Of a stretch of 64,000 nt of DNA, positions 27,141 through 38,370 are shown one piece after another; within the stretch, counting starts at the first letter, position 1, and each line of letters opens with the position of its first letter. Source of the stretch: Microthyrium microscopicum (lineage: Eukaryota); NCBI GenBank assembly GCA_010405405.1, contig MU004236.1, positions 2,114,070 to 2,178,069 of the forward strand, given 5' to 3'. The translations under genes and the position numbers were made by a program. Under the pieces are notes generated by a model. That model was not told the DNA's origin, made no database searches, and was given only the letters and a program-made list of their open reading frames with translations.

Positions 27141-27960
27141 TTATTGAATGAACGACCAGATTCGATACCACAATCGCCGAGTCCTTGACGGCTGGCCATC
27201 TCCACCAGCAGCTGGAGTAGGCTGAAGCTGCGCAGTTTGATTTGCGAGTTGTATGTGATTCCGCCGCAGCAAGAACTGCGCTCTCCGAACTTCTTCTAAT
27301 CTCCAAGCTTCACTCCGGTCAGCCTGATATAGGTTCTCAATCTCGTCACGGATATCTTGTCTCAGGCTCATTTCTGAATCCATCATGCTGTGCTCGCTCA
27401 CACCCGACGAATCGCTGGCTTCATACTTGTTAGTTTGCTATTTGGCGAAAAACTGGTAACCACTCACTATTTCGTAGAAATCGCGTGTAGAGCTTTCTCA
27501 GATTCTCACTGAAATCGCCAACATTCCTGATCAATCCAAGCTCTAGATATTTCTCGTTCGCCTCCACCCCTTCAAACATGGACTCATAGCGATTGAACGC
27601 ATCCGCATACAATAGGTCATTTCCCAAGACCACTTCGAATGGAAGGTGTTTGAGAACATAAAACTTCTGCCACTTAACGGGGCCATTGTCGCCGGAATTC
27701 CAGAGGATGTTCTTGATTACGCCCTGTGTAGTTTTTCGTGAACCATCAATGAGCTCAAGTTCGGTCTGACGATGTTTTCTGCGGTCAAAAAGCGGCCCAT
27801 ACTTTTTGGCGTATCAGCATGGTTCGAGATTGACATCAGAACTTATCAGGTACGGTATTCGCCGCTTTTGCACCCAATGTGCCTCCAACTCTGAGTTGTT
27901 TCGATCCCACTCATCGTACGCGCAGCCGGTGAGGTAGCAACCTGAACACTGTGATCAATG
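27141..27960 (-). pseudogene. Disrupted retropepsin-like (aspartic protease-fold) gene
   Basis: QLRVGGTLGAKAANTVPD-[frameshift]-SDVNLEPC*YAKKYG...ELELIDGSRKTTQGVIKNILW...FYVLKHLPFEVVLGNDLL; stops and frameshifts present. Confidence 0.6.
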
Positions 27961-28039
27961 CTGTGCGCCAATGATGCCTCTAGCCGGATCCGAGAACTAA
28001 ATCATCAGTTGATTCTGATAACACAGCGCATACAATGAT

Positions 28040-28972
28040 GTGAGGGGTGTTATCCCCGGAGAAGATCCAGACAGATCTGTTGATTCTAGAAGCAGAGCTC
28101 AAAAAGCTCGACAAAGAAACGTGGAATCCAAGCGATCCCCGGATCATTTGAATCTGAAAGATGCACAAAAGGACTGGAGAGAACTCGTTCGGCAAAGTGG
28201 GCTGGGAAATGAGAGGTATAAAAGAAGGATGGAAGTTGTGAAGGAGCTGCGAGAAAAGATTAAAGAATACCGTAAGTATGTAAGTAGAACATTCCACTGT
28301 CCCCACCTCTGATCGTGTTGGGTCCAGATGAAGCCTTGCTGCTGCAAAGACAAATCTGCGATCTAGACAGGCCGCAAAAGAGAACAGTCGAAGCATACAG
28401 AACCTGGTTCGACGGGGAAGAAAGGACGACGACGACTAGAGATGGCGAAACAAAAGCAACGCTGGTACCAGTCCTTGGTGGACCGGCGCGGTCTATGTTA
28501 GATGAACAGATTGAGCCTGATCTCGTGGCTCTTCGACCACCTTCGGACAGGGATGCTCTATCAACGTTTCTGATGAACAACTGGCCTGCAAGAGTTACCT
28601 ACATTACCTCCACAGGCCAGCGCATTGCATACTATAAAGAGCGAAGTATCGCTATCACCGTGGGAGTTGTAAGCACTTTGATGGCCGCGATGCTCCTTGT
28701 AGGATCCGTCGCTGCGTTCTTTTACGTCAAACGTCAGGGTGTCCAATTGGGTATGCTCGGAGGGTTTACGGCTGCGTTCGCCTTGAGCGTGGCGCTTTTG
28801 ACGAATGCAAGGAGAGTGGAGTTGTTTGCTGCTACTGCTGCGTAGGTTTTTCATTCCAAGCAACTGGGAAGATGGATAAGCTGATTAAAGATATAGTTAC
28901 GCTGCGGTCCTGGTGGTTTTCTTGAGCAACAATGCGAGTATTGGAGCAAACTGTGACTGTGTGAATGGGTAG
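28040..28972 (+). CDS. DUF6594-like membrane protein (5' end uncertain, possibly truncated)
   Basis: LREKIKEY/HEALLLQ...DLVAL...DALS, three hydrophobic segments, then TNARRVELFAATAA/YAAVLVVFL; introns ~28272-28327 and ~28843-28896. Confidence 0.7.
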
Positions 28973-29047
28973 AATTGGAGTGTCTCGATCGCAAAGTCGC
29001 CCAAATATAAGCAGTTGATATTATTTGCCGCAATTATCTCGATAAGC

Positions 29048-29635
29048 CTAGTGGCTTGGTGGTTCTGGAGTGACATTGACAACGGCATTCAGCAAGTCAT
29101 CCACGACCTTGGATCCTTTGGCTTTGCCCTCTTTCTTGATCTCGTCCAGCTTTCCGTCCGTCTCTTTGCTCGCATCGTCCTCCATCTTCTTGTTCCCGCT
29201 CGAGTGCTAAAGTCTGTTATCAGCGTCGGTCTAACTCTTTCGTGAGGATCACCGACCTCCTTCTCGAAAGCTTTGAATTCCTTTTCCTTTTGTTCTTTGT
29301 ACTCGTCTATTTCTTTTTGAGCTTCTGTTCTGGCATCCTTTACTCGCTTTGTACGGTCTGGAAGGTTAGGGAGGGAATTGTGTGGTGGGATTTGGAGACG
29401 GACATTCGCGAGCTATGATACCGGTTAGCAGGCAAGCCGGAGGTGTACAAGGGTCAACATGCCTTTCTGGACGATCTTTTGAGCTTCTCGCTCGGCCTAC
29501 TTATGTTAGTCTATGTCACCGATAGCATGATCTATCATTACATCGAGAAGAGTTTGTATGCCAACGGAGTTTTGCGCAGACTAGACAGCGATTAGTCGGG
29601 CCTTCTTCTAGCTTGGAGACTCTCAGCTATACCAT
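29048..29635 (-). CDS. VMA10: V-type ATPase subunit G, 6 coding exons
   Basis: M/SAQNSVGIQTLLD/AEREAQKIVQK/ARE/YRTKRVKDARTEAQKEIDEYKEQKEKEFKAFEKE/HSSGNKK...PEPPSH*. Confidence 0.92.
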
Positions 29636-29905
29636 GATTGCGGGAAAAGAGGGACAGGTTGGCTCTGGGTATGATGCAAGCTGCGCGACTGAAGATAGAG
29701 AAGAGAGGTTATCTCTTGAGTAAGGTAGTTGCACGATCACGGAGGCTGAAGGTGGGCTTCGGAGTTAGCTTAAGCGTGGGGAGGTTTCCAGTGCTGGCCC
29801 AAGCTCCAAACTCTACAATTTATTTAGATTGACTTATTCCACATCCATTGAATATATCCATCTCAGTCCAACCTCACTTGATCCGTACTTTTGCGGTTCT
29901 TCATC

Positions 29906-30196
29906 ATGTCGGCAGCTTCAAAGGCTACTTTGGCTGCTACTACGGTATCGGCCATTGCTATGATCTTATACGTTCATCGGTCGCAAAAGGTCGACCAGTC
30001 GGTATGTTTTATCTTGCCTCCCAGACGCTTGAAGCTTCGCTAAACGAGACAGGCTATGCACGAGGGTGTACTTCGCGATATGGAGTCACAACGATTACGA
30101 CAGGAGCGACAGTTGGACTTTGATGTACAAAAGGCCTTGGAGGAGGAATATCGAAAGGTGCAGACGGTTGATGATGGACGAGGAGGCAAATCCTGA
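29906..30196 (+). CDS. PET117: Cytochrome c oxidase assembly factor Pet117, 2 exons
   Basis: MSAASKATLAATTVSAIAMILYVHRSQKVDQS/AMHEGVLRDMESQRLRQERQLDFDVQKALEEEYRKVQTV; intron ~30002-30052. Not in the ORF track. Confidence 0.88.
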
Positions 30197-31217
30197 GGAA
30201 GCAAAGTTATCTTTGCGTACAATCATCAAACATACAATTGCATCGAATGCGACAATTGCTTTGGACAAGCAAGACTATCAACGTCAAGCACGAGCTGTCG
30301 TCCCAAGCGCCAATTGAGAATTGTCAGCAGGAGTGGCTATGATGTCTCCTGGTCGACCTGGGTCCCGGACATTCTTGAGGCGGAATGCTGCCGGGCGGAG
30401 ACGCAGATGCTTGAAGCATCCCATGAAAGAGTTGTGACTTCCAAAGTTCGGGGCTTGGCGCTTCTAGGCGTGGAATACTACGCAAGTTGATTTCTTGGTA
30501 TTGGAAATCGGCTACGATGGAGAATTTGATGACATGACAGATAGTAGATCTCTTATGCCTATCGTCAAAACTTCTATGCAGATACGATGTTTATATTCCA
30601 AATGTACACAATTTGAGCGAGGCATAATTGACCAGTGAAACTAAGCCTGAAAGAGTTGGTTGAACCGCTGCACGAATGATCAGCCTGTCGGCCAGAATCT
30701 TGGGGGAGCGGGGCGCAGCAACCAGCGATCGTGTTCGCCGCCAAAAATCTCATGTTCATCTCGTTTACGAGATACGCCGTAAAAGGGATGCAAAGGCATT
30801 TGGGCACAGCTATTCCACTTGTGAGCTTGATGGAGCAAGGAAACCTCCATATTTTCGGGCAAGTGCAGGGCGCAGTAAAGTATCAACAAGTCACGACTCG
30901 CAACTCATAAAATCAACCACAAATCCCCCCGTCGAAGATTCCAAAACGTCAATCTGCGCTTACTCACAAACATCCAGACAAGCCGGTACTGCAACTGAGA
31001 CGTGAAGAAACGGCGTCCCTTGGCTCTTGGCATCGATCAACCTCGACATCATAAATATACCGCCACCTCTTCCGTTTGACTGGCCTGCGATTCACGTCTA
31101 TCATCGTCATTGATACTTCACCCTGCATCCTCACACGATCATATAATTGTGTGGTGTCAGACATCTGAGATACATCAACATTCAACTCCATTCTCCACTT
31201 CTCCATAAACACACAAT

Positions 31218-32076
31218 ATGCGTCTACTCGCCTTATGTTTACTAGCCATCTTTGGCTACATCGCTTCCTCTAGCGTCATTTCTGGCCGTTTGGATATCTC
31301 CAAACGCGCCATCAACTCCCACTACGAACGCGATGTCAACTCCATAACTCTCGAAAAGCGCAAAGGTGGCGGCGGCGGTAAAGGTAATTACACTCATTCT
31401 ACATACCACATGATATTAGACTAATTATTTCTCAGGCGGAGGTAGCAGCTCCTCCGGTGGTAAGACCGGTAGTTCAGGTTCTTCAGGTAGTTCCTCCGGC
31501 TCCTCTTCATCGAGCGGAACTAAAGGTTCAGGTTCATCCACCTCATCCAGCGCAGGCGGCACATCTCGCGGCGGCTCCGGCGTAACCCCCTCCTACGGCG
31601 GCGGACGATACTACGGCGGTGGAGCATCAGTTCCATATGCCGCAGGCGCACGCTCATCGCGTGGACTCGCACCGGTTGGCCTCCTAGGTGTTGGCGCGCT
31701 CGCCTTCTTCCCTGGTCTTTGGCTATATGGCGCATATCTGTATCCTTACAGCAGCCCATATAGCTTCCACAACCGCACAAGCAACAACAATGAGACGAAG
31801 CCAGTTGAGTGTTTGTGCCAGGAATACAGCGTCTGTGGATGTGATGAGAATAGCGATTCCACGTATTTGGATAGTGTTATTGGGGATGGAAATACGACCA
31901 GCTTCAATCAGTCGCTCGTTCGCGTGGCCGACGTCAATGGTACTTCAACGATTGTCCTCAATGGCACGCTGCCAAATGGAACGACGGCAAACTTCGCTAC
32001 TTCGATCAGGGGCCATTCATCACTGGGCTTGGTCATGATCGCCTCATCGTTCGCTTGCGCATTTCTTTTGATTTAA
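31218..32076 (+). CDS. Conserved fungal secreted Gly/Ser-rich protein with hydrophobic C-terminus (possible GPI anchor)
   Basis: Signal peptide, LEKRKGGGGG, GGGRYYGGGASVPYAAG, AFFPGLWLYGAYLYPY, CLCQEYSVCGCD, hydrophobic tail; one intron ~31384-31435. Confidence 0.8.
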
Positions 32077-32480
32077 GAGCGTATATTTGCGCCGGTCAAA
32101 CAAGGCGTTTTCGGGGATGTTTTCCTATGGCAACCAGATATTTTTCTGCGATTGCACTGCTTGACAAGATTGTTAGCAAGCTCGGCTTGAACTGTACGAT
32201 ATAGTGCGAGAAAGCCTTTAGAGCAAATGACTTGTAAAGAATTACCATGAACGTTTAGTGTATAGTTAATAGAAATCATCATTTCATTTTGTCGCCATGT
32301 TGGAGTTCTTTGTGAGACGTTTCTTGCCACATGATTGCGCACGCGGAAGAAGCCAAATGTACTCTAGGCCACGAGGAAGAAGGACTCATTTGTTAATTCT
32401 AATTGATGTCTGACGTCGAACTGGACCGTAATATGCAATGATATAGTACACACATCATTTCAGCGCCTACAGCACATCGC

Positions 32481-35136
32481 CTATGCATCACCAGTAGTCT
32501 CCTGCGACAGCAACGACATCTGAGAGTCCTCAAGTAGAGTACTAGCCTCAACCTGTGCCTCCTCTCTCGCTTCAGCATCAGTAGCCGGTTCCGCGTCTTC
32601 GATCGACCTCTCAGCATCTTGCTCTTGCACGTCAACATATGAGGGAGACACCAACTCATCTCCTCCCTCCACCCAAACCTTATTCAACTCATCATCAATT
32701 TCCTTTCTCCGCCTCTTCCACTCATCTACCTTGGACAGCTGCTCGCGCAGTTCAGCAAGTTCTTTAGCAACGGAGGTCTTTTCGGCTGTGGTGCCGATTT
32801 GGTGAAAGTCCCACTCGTCACCGGACTCGCCCATGCCTAGGGTGAGAGTGAAGGAGTGGTATTTCTTCAGTGATGCTCTTGTTGATATTGTGATTAATGC
32901 TATGATACGTCAGAAAATAATCGAGGATGGGGGATAGTAGTTAGGACTTACTGATATCTTTGGCTTTGCATCGCTCGTACAAGAGACCCTCAACGTCACT
33001 GCTAACAGCACTAGTACCCTCATCAATGACCGCATATCGCGGCTCATGATATAGAAGGCGGGCAATGCCCATACGCTGCTTTTCACCACCACTGAGCACA
33101 TCTTTCCAATCTTTCCGCGTGTCCCAGCCACCCTCTCTATCAGGTAGGTAACCGAGCTTTGCCTCCTCTAGCACTTGTAGAAGCTGCGAGTCTCTATGAC
33201 CCGCCTCTTTCATATCCATTGCTGTATGTGGATATATGACTTGATCCCGCAGCGTTCCAGTGCTAAGATACGGTCGTTGTGGTATGAACATGATTCCATC
33301 CTGTCCAGTAATTCGCGGACGACTAACGAGGCCGCGGTAGACGGGCCAAAGACCGGCGACGATACGTGAGATGGCGCTCTTGCCTACTCCGTTTGGTCCA
33401 GTGATTAGGAGATGTTCACCGGAATGGACGATGAATGAGAGCGATTCGATGAGCTCGTCACCGCCCATTGGAAATAATGCTGGTGCGACGATTGGCACGT
33501 TTTCTAGGCGGACGCCATCGAAGCCTTTGTGGACTGTGCCTTGTACATCTGATAAAGAGTACAGCTCTGGTCTTGCTCCGTAGGGTGGGTAGTAGGCGTC
33601 TGCGTGCGTTCGGTGTAGTGTGCTGATAAGGGTATAAACCCGTGATGTATAGCCCGCCAGTTCGGAGAGATCTTTCATAGAGTACATCATCCGACCACCA
33701 GCATCCGCAAGTGATAGCATGAGGCGCTTGTTTGTGATGAAGTCCTGCATCCTAGACCGCTCGCGCTTGCCGCTGGCCGAGACAGACATTTCAGCCATGC
33801 CACCGAGTCCACCCCATGCTGGAAAGAAGACCGGTAAACTGGTAATAAGATATCCATATGCCGACCAGGAGTACTTGAGTACAAAGTCTTCGAGCATGTT
33901 GTAACGAATTTTGAGGTTGTAGATATCTTCCATCCAGTGCTTGAGCTCCTTGAAGCCTTTGTCCAGGAACGTTTTCTCCATTGCTTCTCCGCCATAGAAA
34001 GCGACTTCTTCTGCATTCGCTATCAGTCTCGAGTGCAAGGCTCTGAAATCGCCCTCTTTTCGTCCTTCGACGGCCTTTAGTTTTCCAAATGGTGGGGCCA
34101 GTGCCTTGAGAAGCCACGCGGTGAACAAATAATTTGACATTAGAGCGCCAAATGCCAATGGTCCTAAGGATTTATAGAGCTGGTAATTGAATACTCCTAG
34201 ATCGACTAACGGTTTACCAATTGATGAGTATAGTGACGCCGCCGACTGGCAGAATTGTGTGAGATCTATCGAATATCAGTGAAAGTCATTGATCATATGT
34301 GTAGAGAGCTTACCTTGAGTTATAAACTGGTCAGCTTGCAGGCCTACTCCGCCATCGGTTGTAACAAGCTTGTAATAGTTGAGATTGTCGTTTAGATACA
34401 GATCATGGATATATCGAGTAAGTCTAGTTCGAAAGGCTATCGCAACCTTGGACTGTAGGTATTTGATCATCGCATTGACGTAGGAAGCAACTGTTCCAAT
34501 GCCAATCCATTTAGCAATACCCAAGAGGAAAGCCTTACCATTTCCAGCCACAAGATCTCGCACAATCTCTCCGTCCAACCTTGCAACAACCAGAGACATG
34601 TATGTTCTGAGAACGAGAAACAAGCCATGGCTAAGTAAAAGACCTGTTTCTTTGCTTCTCGGTCTTGGTATCATAATGCTCACCAACGCGAGGAATTGAT
34701 GTAGAAAAGCGAGATTGAGGCCCGGTTTCGTCTGTGGAGGCGGCACTTGTGGATGGTCTCCATCTGACATCCCAGTGATGCGTGGAGGTTGGAGAAAGAG
34801 ACGGCGATGCGCTTCAAAGGTGGTGATCTTTGTGGGATGTATGGTAACTTTGGAGGTCGAGTCTTTGTACGGTACGTATATGGTTCGCGAGCCATCTTTG
34901 CCTTTCAGTCCAGAGTTGCGTCTAAGAAGGCTACGGCCTTTCTCGCGTTCTGACTTGCGCCGATGCGACCATCGATATCCGCCATAGCCTGCGGTGATTA
35001 TGGAGAGAGCTAGGCCAACGGTCGCGATGAGTTTTGTGTTCTTTGGAGTTTTCTCCAAGCGCTCTCGCACAACGGCAGTGTATTTGTTAACGAGAAGTAG
35101 CAATGGATCTTGTTGCAGCTTGGATTGAGCTGCCAT
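32481..35136 (-). CDS. PXA1: Peroxisomal ABCD half-transporter (Pxa1/Pxa2 family), 3 exons
   Basis: EAA-like motif NAEEVAFYGG, Walker A GPNGVGKS, signature LSGGEKQR, Walker B AVIDE; introns ~34266-34313 and ~32900-32951. PXA1 versus PXA2 is not certain. Confidence 0.9.
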
Positions 35137-37782
35137 CTTCGCGCGAGTTGTGGGTTCGATGAGGGGTGACGTAGCGCGCGCGGTTTCAACAGTGGATCAT
35201 GGTGGAGTGGCAGGCACGAAGAAGTTGTCGTGACTATCAGAGCCGATGATGGTAATATCGAGTATAATGGAATATTGAAGTGATAGAAAGGGCAATGGAA
35301 GCAGTGATGATTGACCTCGGACTGACAATGAAGCATGTCGCCCCACGATGTTTGGTTGGGGCTCTGTCAGATGTCACAAGACAGATCAAATGAGATCCCT
35401 GTGATCTTTTGACATGTGAATCCATTGCCCCTTTTCAACTTTCTTAGCATTTTGGTTTGGCTGGCTGCTGGCACGAGGATTGAAAATTAACAACAAAGTC
35501 ATAATTTCTTGGGGTTCCTACGGGCAGTTACCGTGATTGTCGCTTAACGACGCTCCCACCAAGGCTTTATTCTATACTAGGAGTGCGGTCTTCTTCGCGA
35601 GATCAAACAAGATCATTCATGTCTCTGACTTCTTTTTTCAAAGCTGAGTTTTAGTGCTCGAAAGTTTTGAGATCATTGTTCAAATGATTTACGAAAAGCT
35701 CAAGAATCGTCGTGCTTCATAAGGAAAGGTTGGCGACTAGAGTAGTTGATACGCATCGTCAGTTGACAACTGCATGTAAAGTACAGTAAGTTCTACATGG
35801 GAGGACAATTGATCTTCCCTAAGCAAAATATGGTTATTTCAGAAGCGATTGAAACTATCAAATCCCGTAGGTCAAAATGTAAGAGTAAGGTACGGTACCG
35901 TATGAAGCATGTGGGTGTGGATCTCCTCAAGTAAAATCACACTTACCAATTCTCGTGTAAATAGGGCCACGGGAGAGTAGAAGCAGAAACACTTTTGAAG
36001 ACCTTCAAACGATTGCAGTCGTTCTAAGCAACTGAAATTAATACCAAAAAACCATTGGCTCATTCATTAAATTCATTGCGGCTCTGCTCCCAATATAACT
36101 TCGGTAACAAATAAGCCTATCAAAAAGAAGCCACCTTAGCTCTTTATATTGGAATCTAGCCCAACGTCAGAAATGTCAATATGCAGATCATTTAAACAAT
36201 AATAACAACGGGCTTGCTAGTGTTCTTTTCGGGATCAATATCATATCAAAATCAATAGCTTACTCCCGACATGGGATTTTCGTGATCAACAAAACCTTGT
36301 CAATTCTAGTGCTTGAATCCTGGAATATGCTGCGGTATTTTACCGTCTTCTCAACGGCTAGCTAGCAGGCAGTGGCCGTTGGGGAGGCATGATTTTATGT
36401 CCCGAACGTTGGCTGGGATGAAGGATGATGGCAGGGGGTATGGCGATGTCCACATTGATCTTCGACGTTGAGGTCCTGGTTCAATTGGAAGCGCTAAATT
36501 CGGATTGATACTGGTAACTAGGTAAACTGGGATTGAAGCTCCCCATTCGTTGGTGATCATTGATGTCACAAATGGCGTGTTCTGCCTGTGAACGCTTGCT
36601 CTGGCAGCACTGATAAGGTCGTCTTGAGTCCTGTGTTTACTGAAACTGCAGAGTGATGCCGAGCACGACGATTTAATTGTAACTCCGAAATCGTGTGAAA
36701 GGCCATATATTGTTTGCTGGGAAAAGCAAGCTAGATATAGAAATGGTAACACCAGACCGAAGCTTGATCCTTACAAAAATGCTTAGATAGAAAGTACTTA
36801 CACAGGTACGGATTGTACGGAGTAGGAGGTAGCTCGGACAAACAGATTGTAAGTAACGCAAAAGCGTACAGTATTCGCAGTTGTGAGATGTACTTGGGTA
36901 ATACCCTATTCTACGAAGGCAAGTCGAAGATGCGGGTGCAATACGGGCTCACCAAAACGGAGAAGAGTCTCGGCCAAGTCATACAAAAGTATATGCAGTG
37001 CGCTGTTCAATCGTATTGAATCAGTCTAGTAGTTCGTGATGTTTATTCTCGTTACAAGGTCCATGCCTCTGGGTCACTTTGGACATATCCCTGGTTTAAT
37101 TAGAGTCGAATAAGGTTATATTGAACATTCTTATTCCTTATCGCGAGGAACATGGTATTCGAATGCGGAATAACCAACCAGTAGCAACTAGGAATTGCAG
37201 TTGACCGAAAGCGCCAGGCTTCCAACATTCTGACAAGAGAAGTTGGACTTTCCCGAGACATGCAGGAGTTCGTGCAGTAAAGATCGAGCTAGATCTAAGC
37301 AAGCGCCTTCTCAATTATGCGATGTTGGCGGTAAACTCGTTCAGGCTTAAAGATGTTTTGTCAATCTGCGAATTGAATGCTGCTGGGTGGCTGGATTTGA
37401 AGGATTTGATAAGAGAGGCTTGTTCTTGAAGCGACGGCGCAGTTGCTTCGTGCTCGATAATGGAGAAAGCAGAGCTCGATCTGTGCAGACACTCAGGCAG
37501 GCGGTTGTATATAACGCGCTAACAGTGAGCACGAGTCGGAAAAGCCATTACTATAAGCACGCGAGCTATGTTCCTGTGGTAATTTGGAGGCATAAAGTAG
37601 CAGGGCCAATACTGGAAAGGCAGTTGGTACAACCATCCCAGCTCCCACGCTCGGTTTTGACACGTTGTATCTGCAGCGAACAAGGAAGGCTTGAAAGGTT
37701 TGGAAGAAGTTGGCAGGCTAGAGTATTGGTACCGAGTGACTAAGGACGTCGGAAACGCGGAGTAGGGGATGAAATACTTGGT

Positions 37783-37818
37783 GGTAACTTGGTAACTTGG
37801 TAACTTGGTAACTTGGTA
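37783..37818 (+). repeat. 8-bp tandem repeat (GGTAACTT)x4.5
   Basis: ggtaactt ggtaactt ggtaactt ggtaactt ggta, upstream of BST1. Confidence 0.85.
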
Positions 37819-38370
37819 CATGATGGATGTAGGTAGGAGATAATTGTGCAAAAATATTTTGATGAAGAGTGCTTGGTTCGGCTGTCGCGGAAGCTTGACC
37901 TTGACTGGGGGAACGATAGCTTGATCTTCTTCTCCATACTAGTAGCTATTCCTTATGTCTGTAATCTGTTTAGCCAATGACTTGTAGTTGGTACATAAAT
38001 CCAAGCGACCAGACTTTTTGGTGGAGTATGAGCGGCGAGATAGATAGGATTATTCCGACCAACGGGACCAGCGAACCAACGTTGAACGATCAACGATATT
38101 GCCACATAGACTGTGCCAAAGTTTGAATTGTAGACCACACAGCCCAAGTCGAAACGGAAGCTGCGCACTGACACCCCCTTCCCAATTCGGCATCGTTCCA
38201 TCGCGACCCCCAGCCAACCCATCTTTGCTAGTATCTTTTGCTACCTCTAAGGTAATACGGAAGGGGATTCGAGTCTTTTGCCCACCTTACTTGATCCTCC
38301 TTCTCCCCCTCTACCGCTGCCATAATCCTGCCCATTGTCTTCGAACTGGTCCTCAGCGGGACAATTTTAA

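Noticed and set aside
35500..37700. ~2-kb region between the ABCD transporter and BST1 with scattered short ORFs
   Set aside because: No coherent exon chain or motif found; may be promoter sequence or an unrecognisable gene relic.
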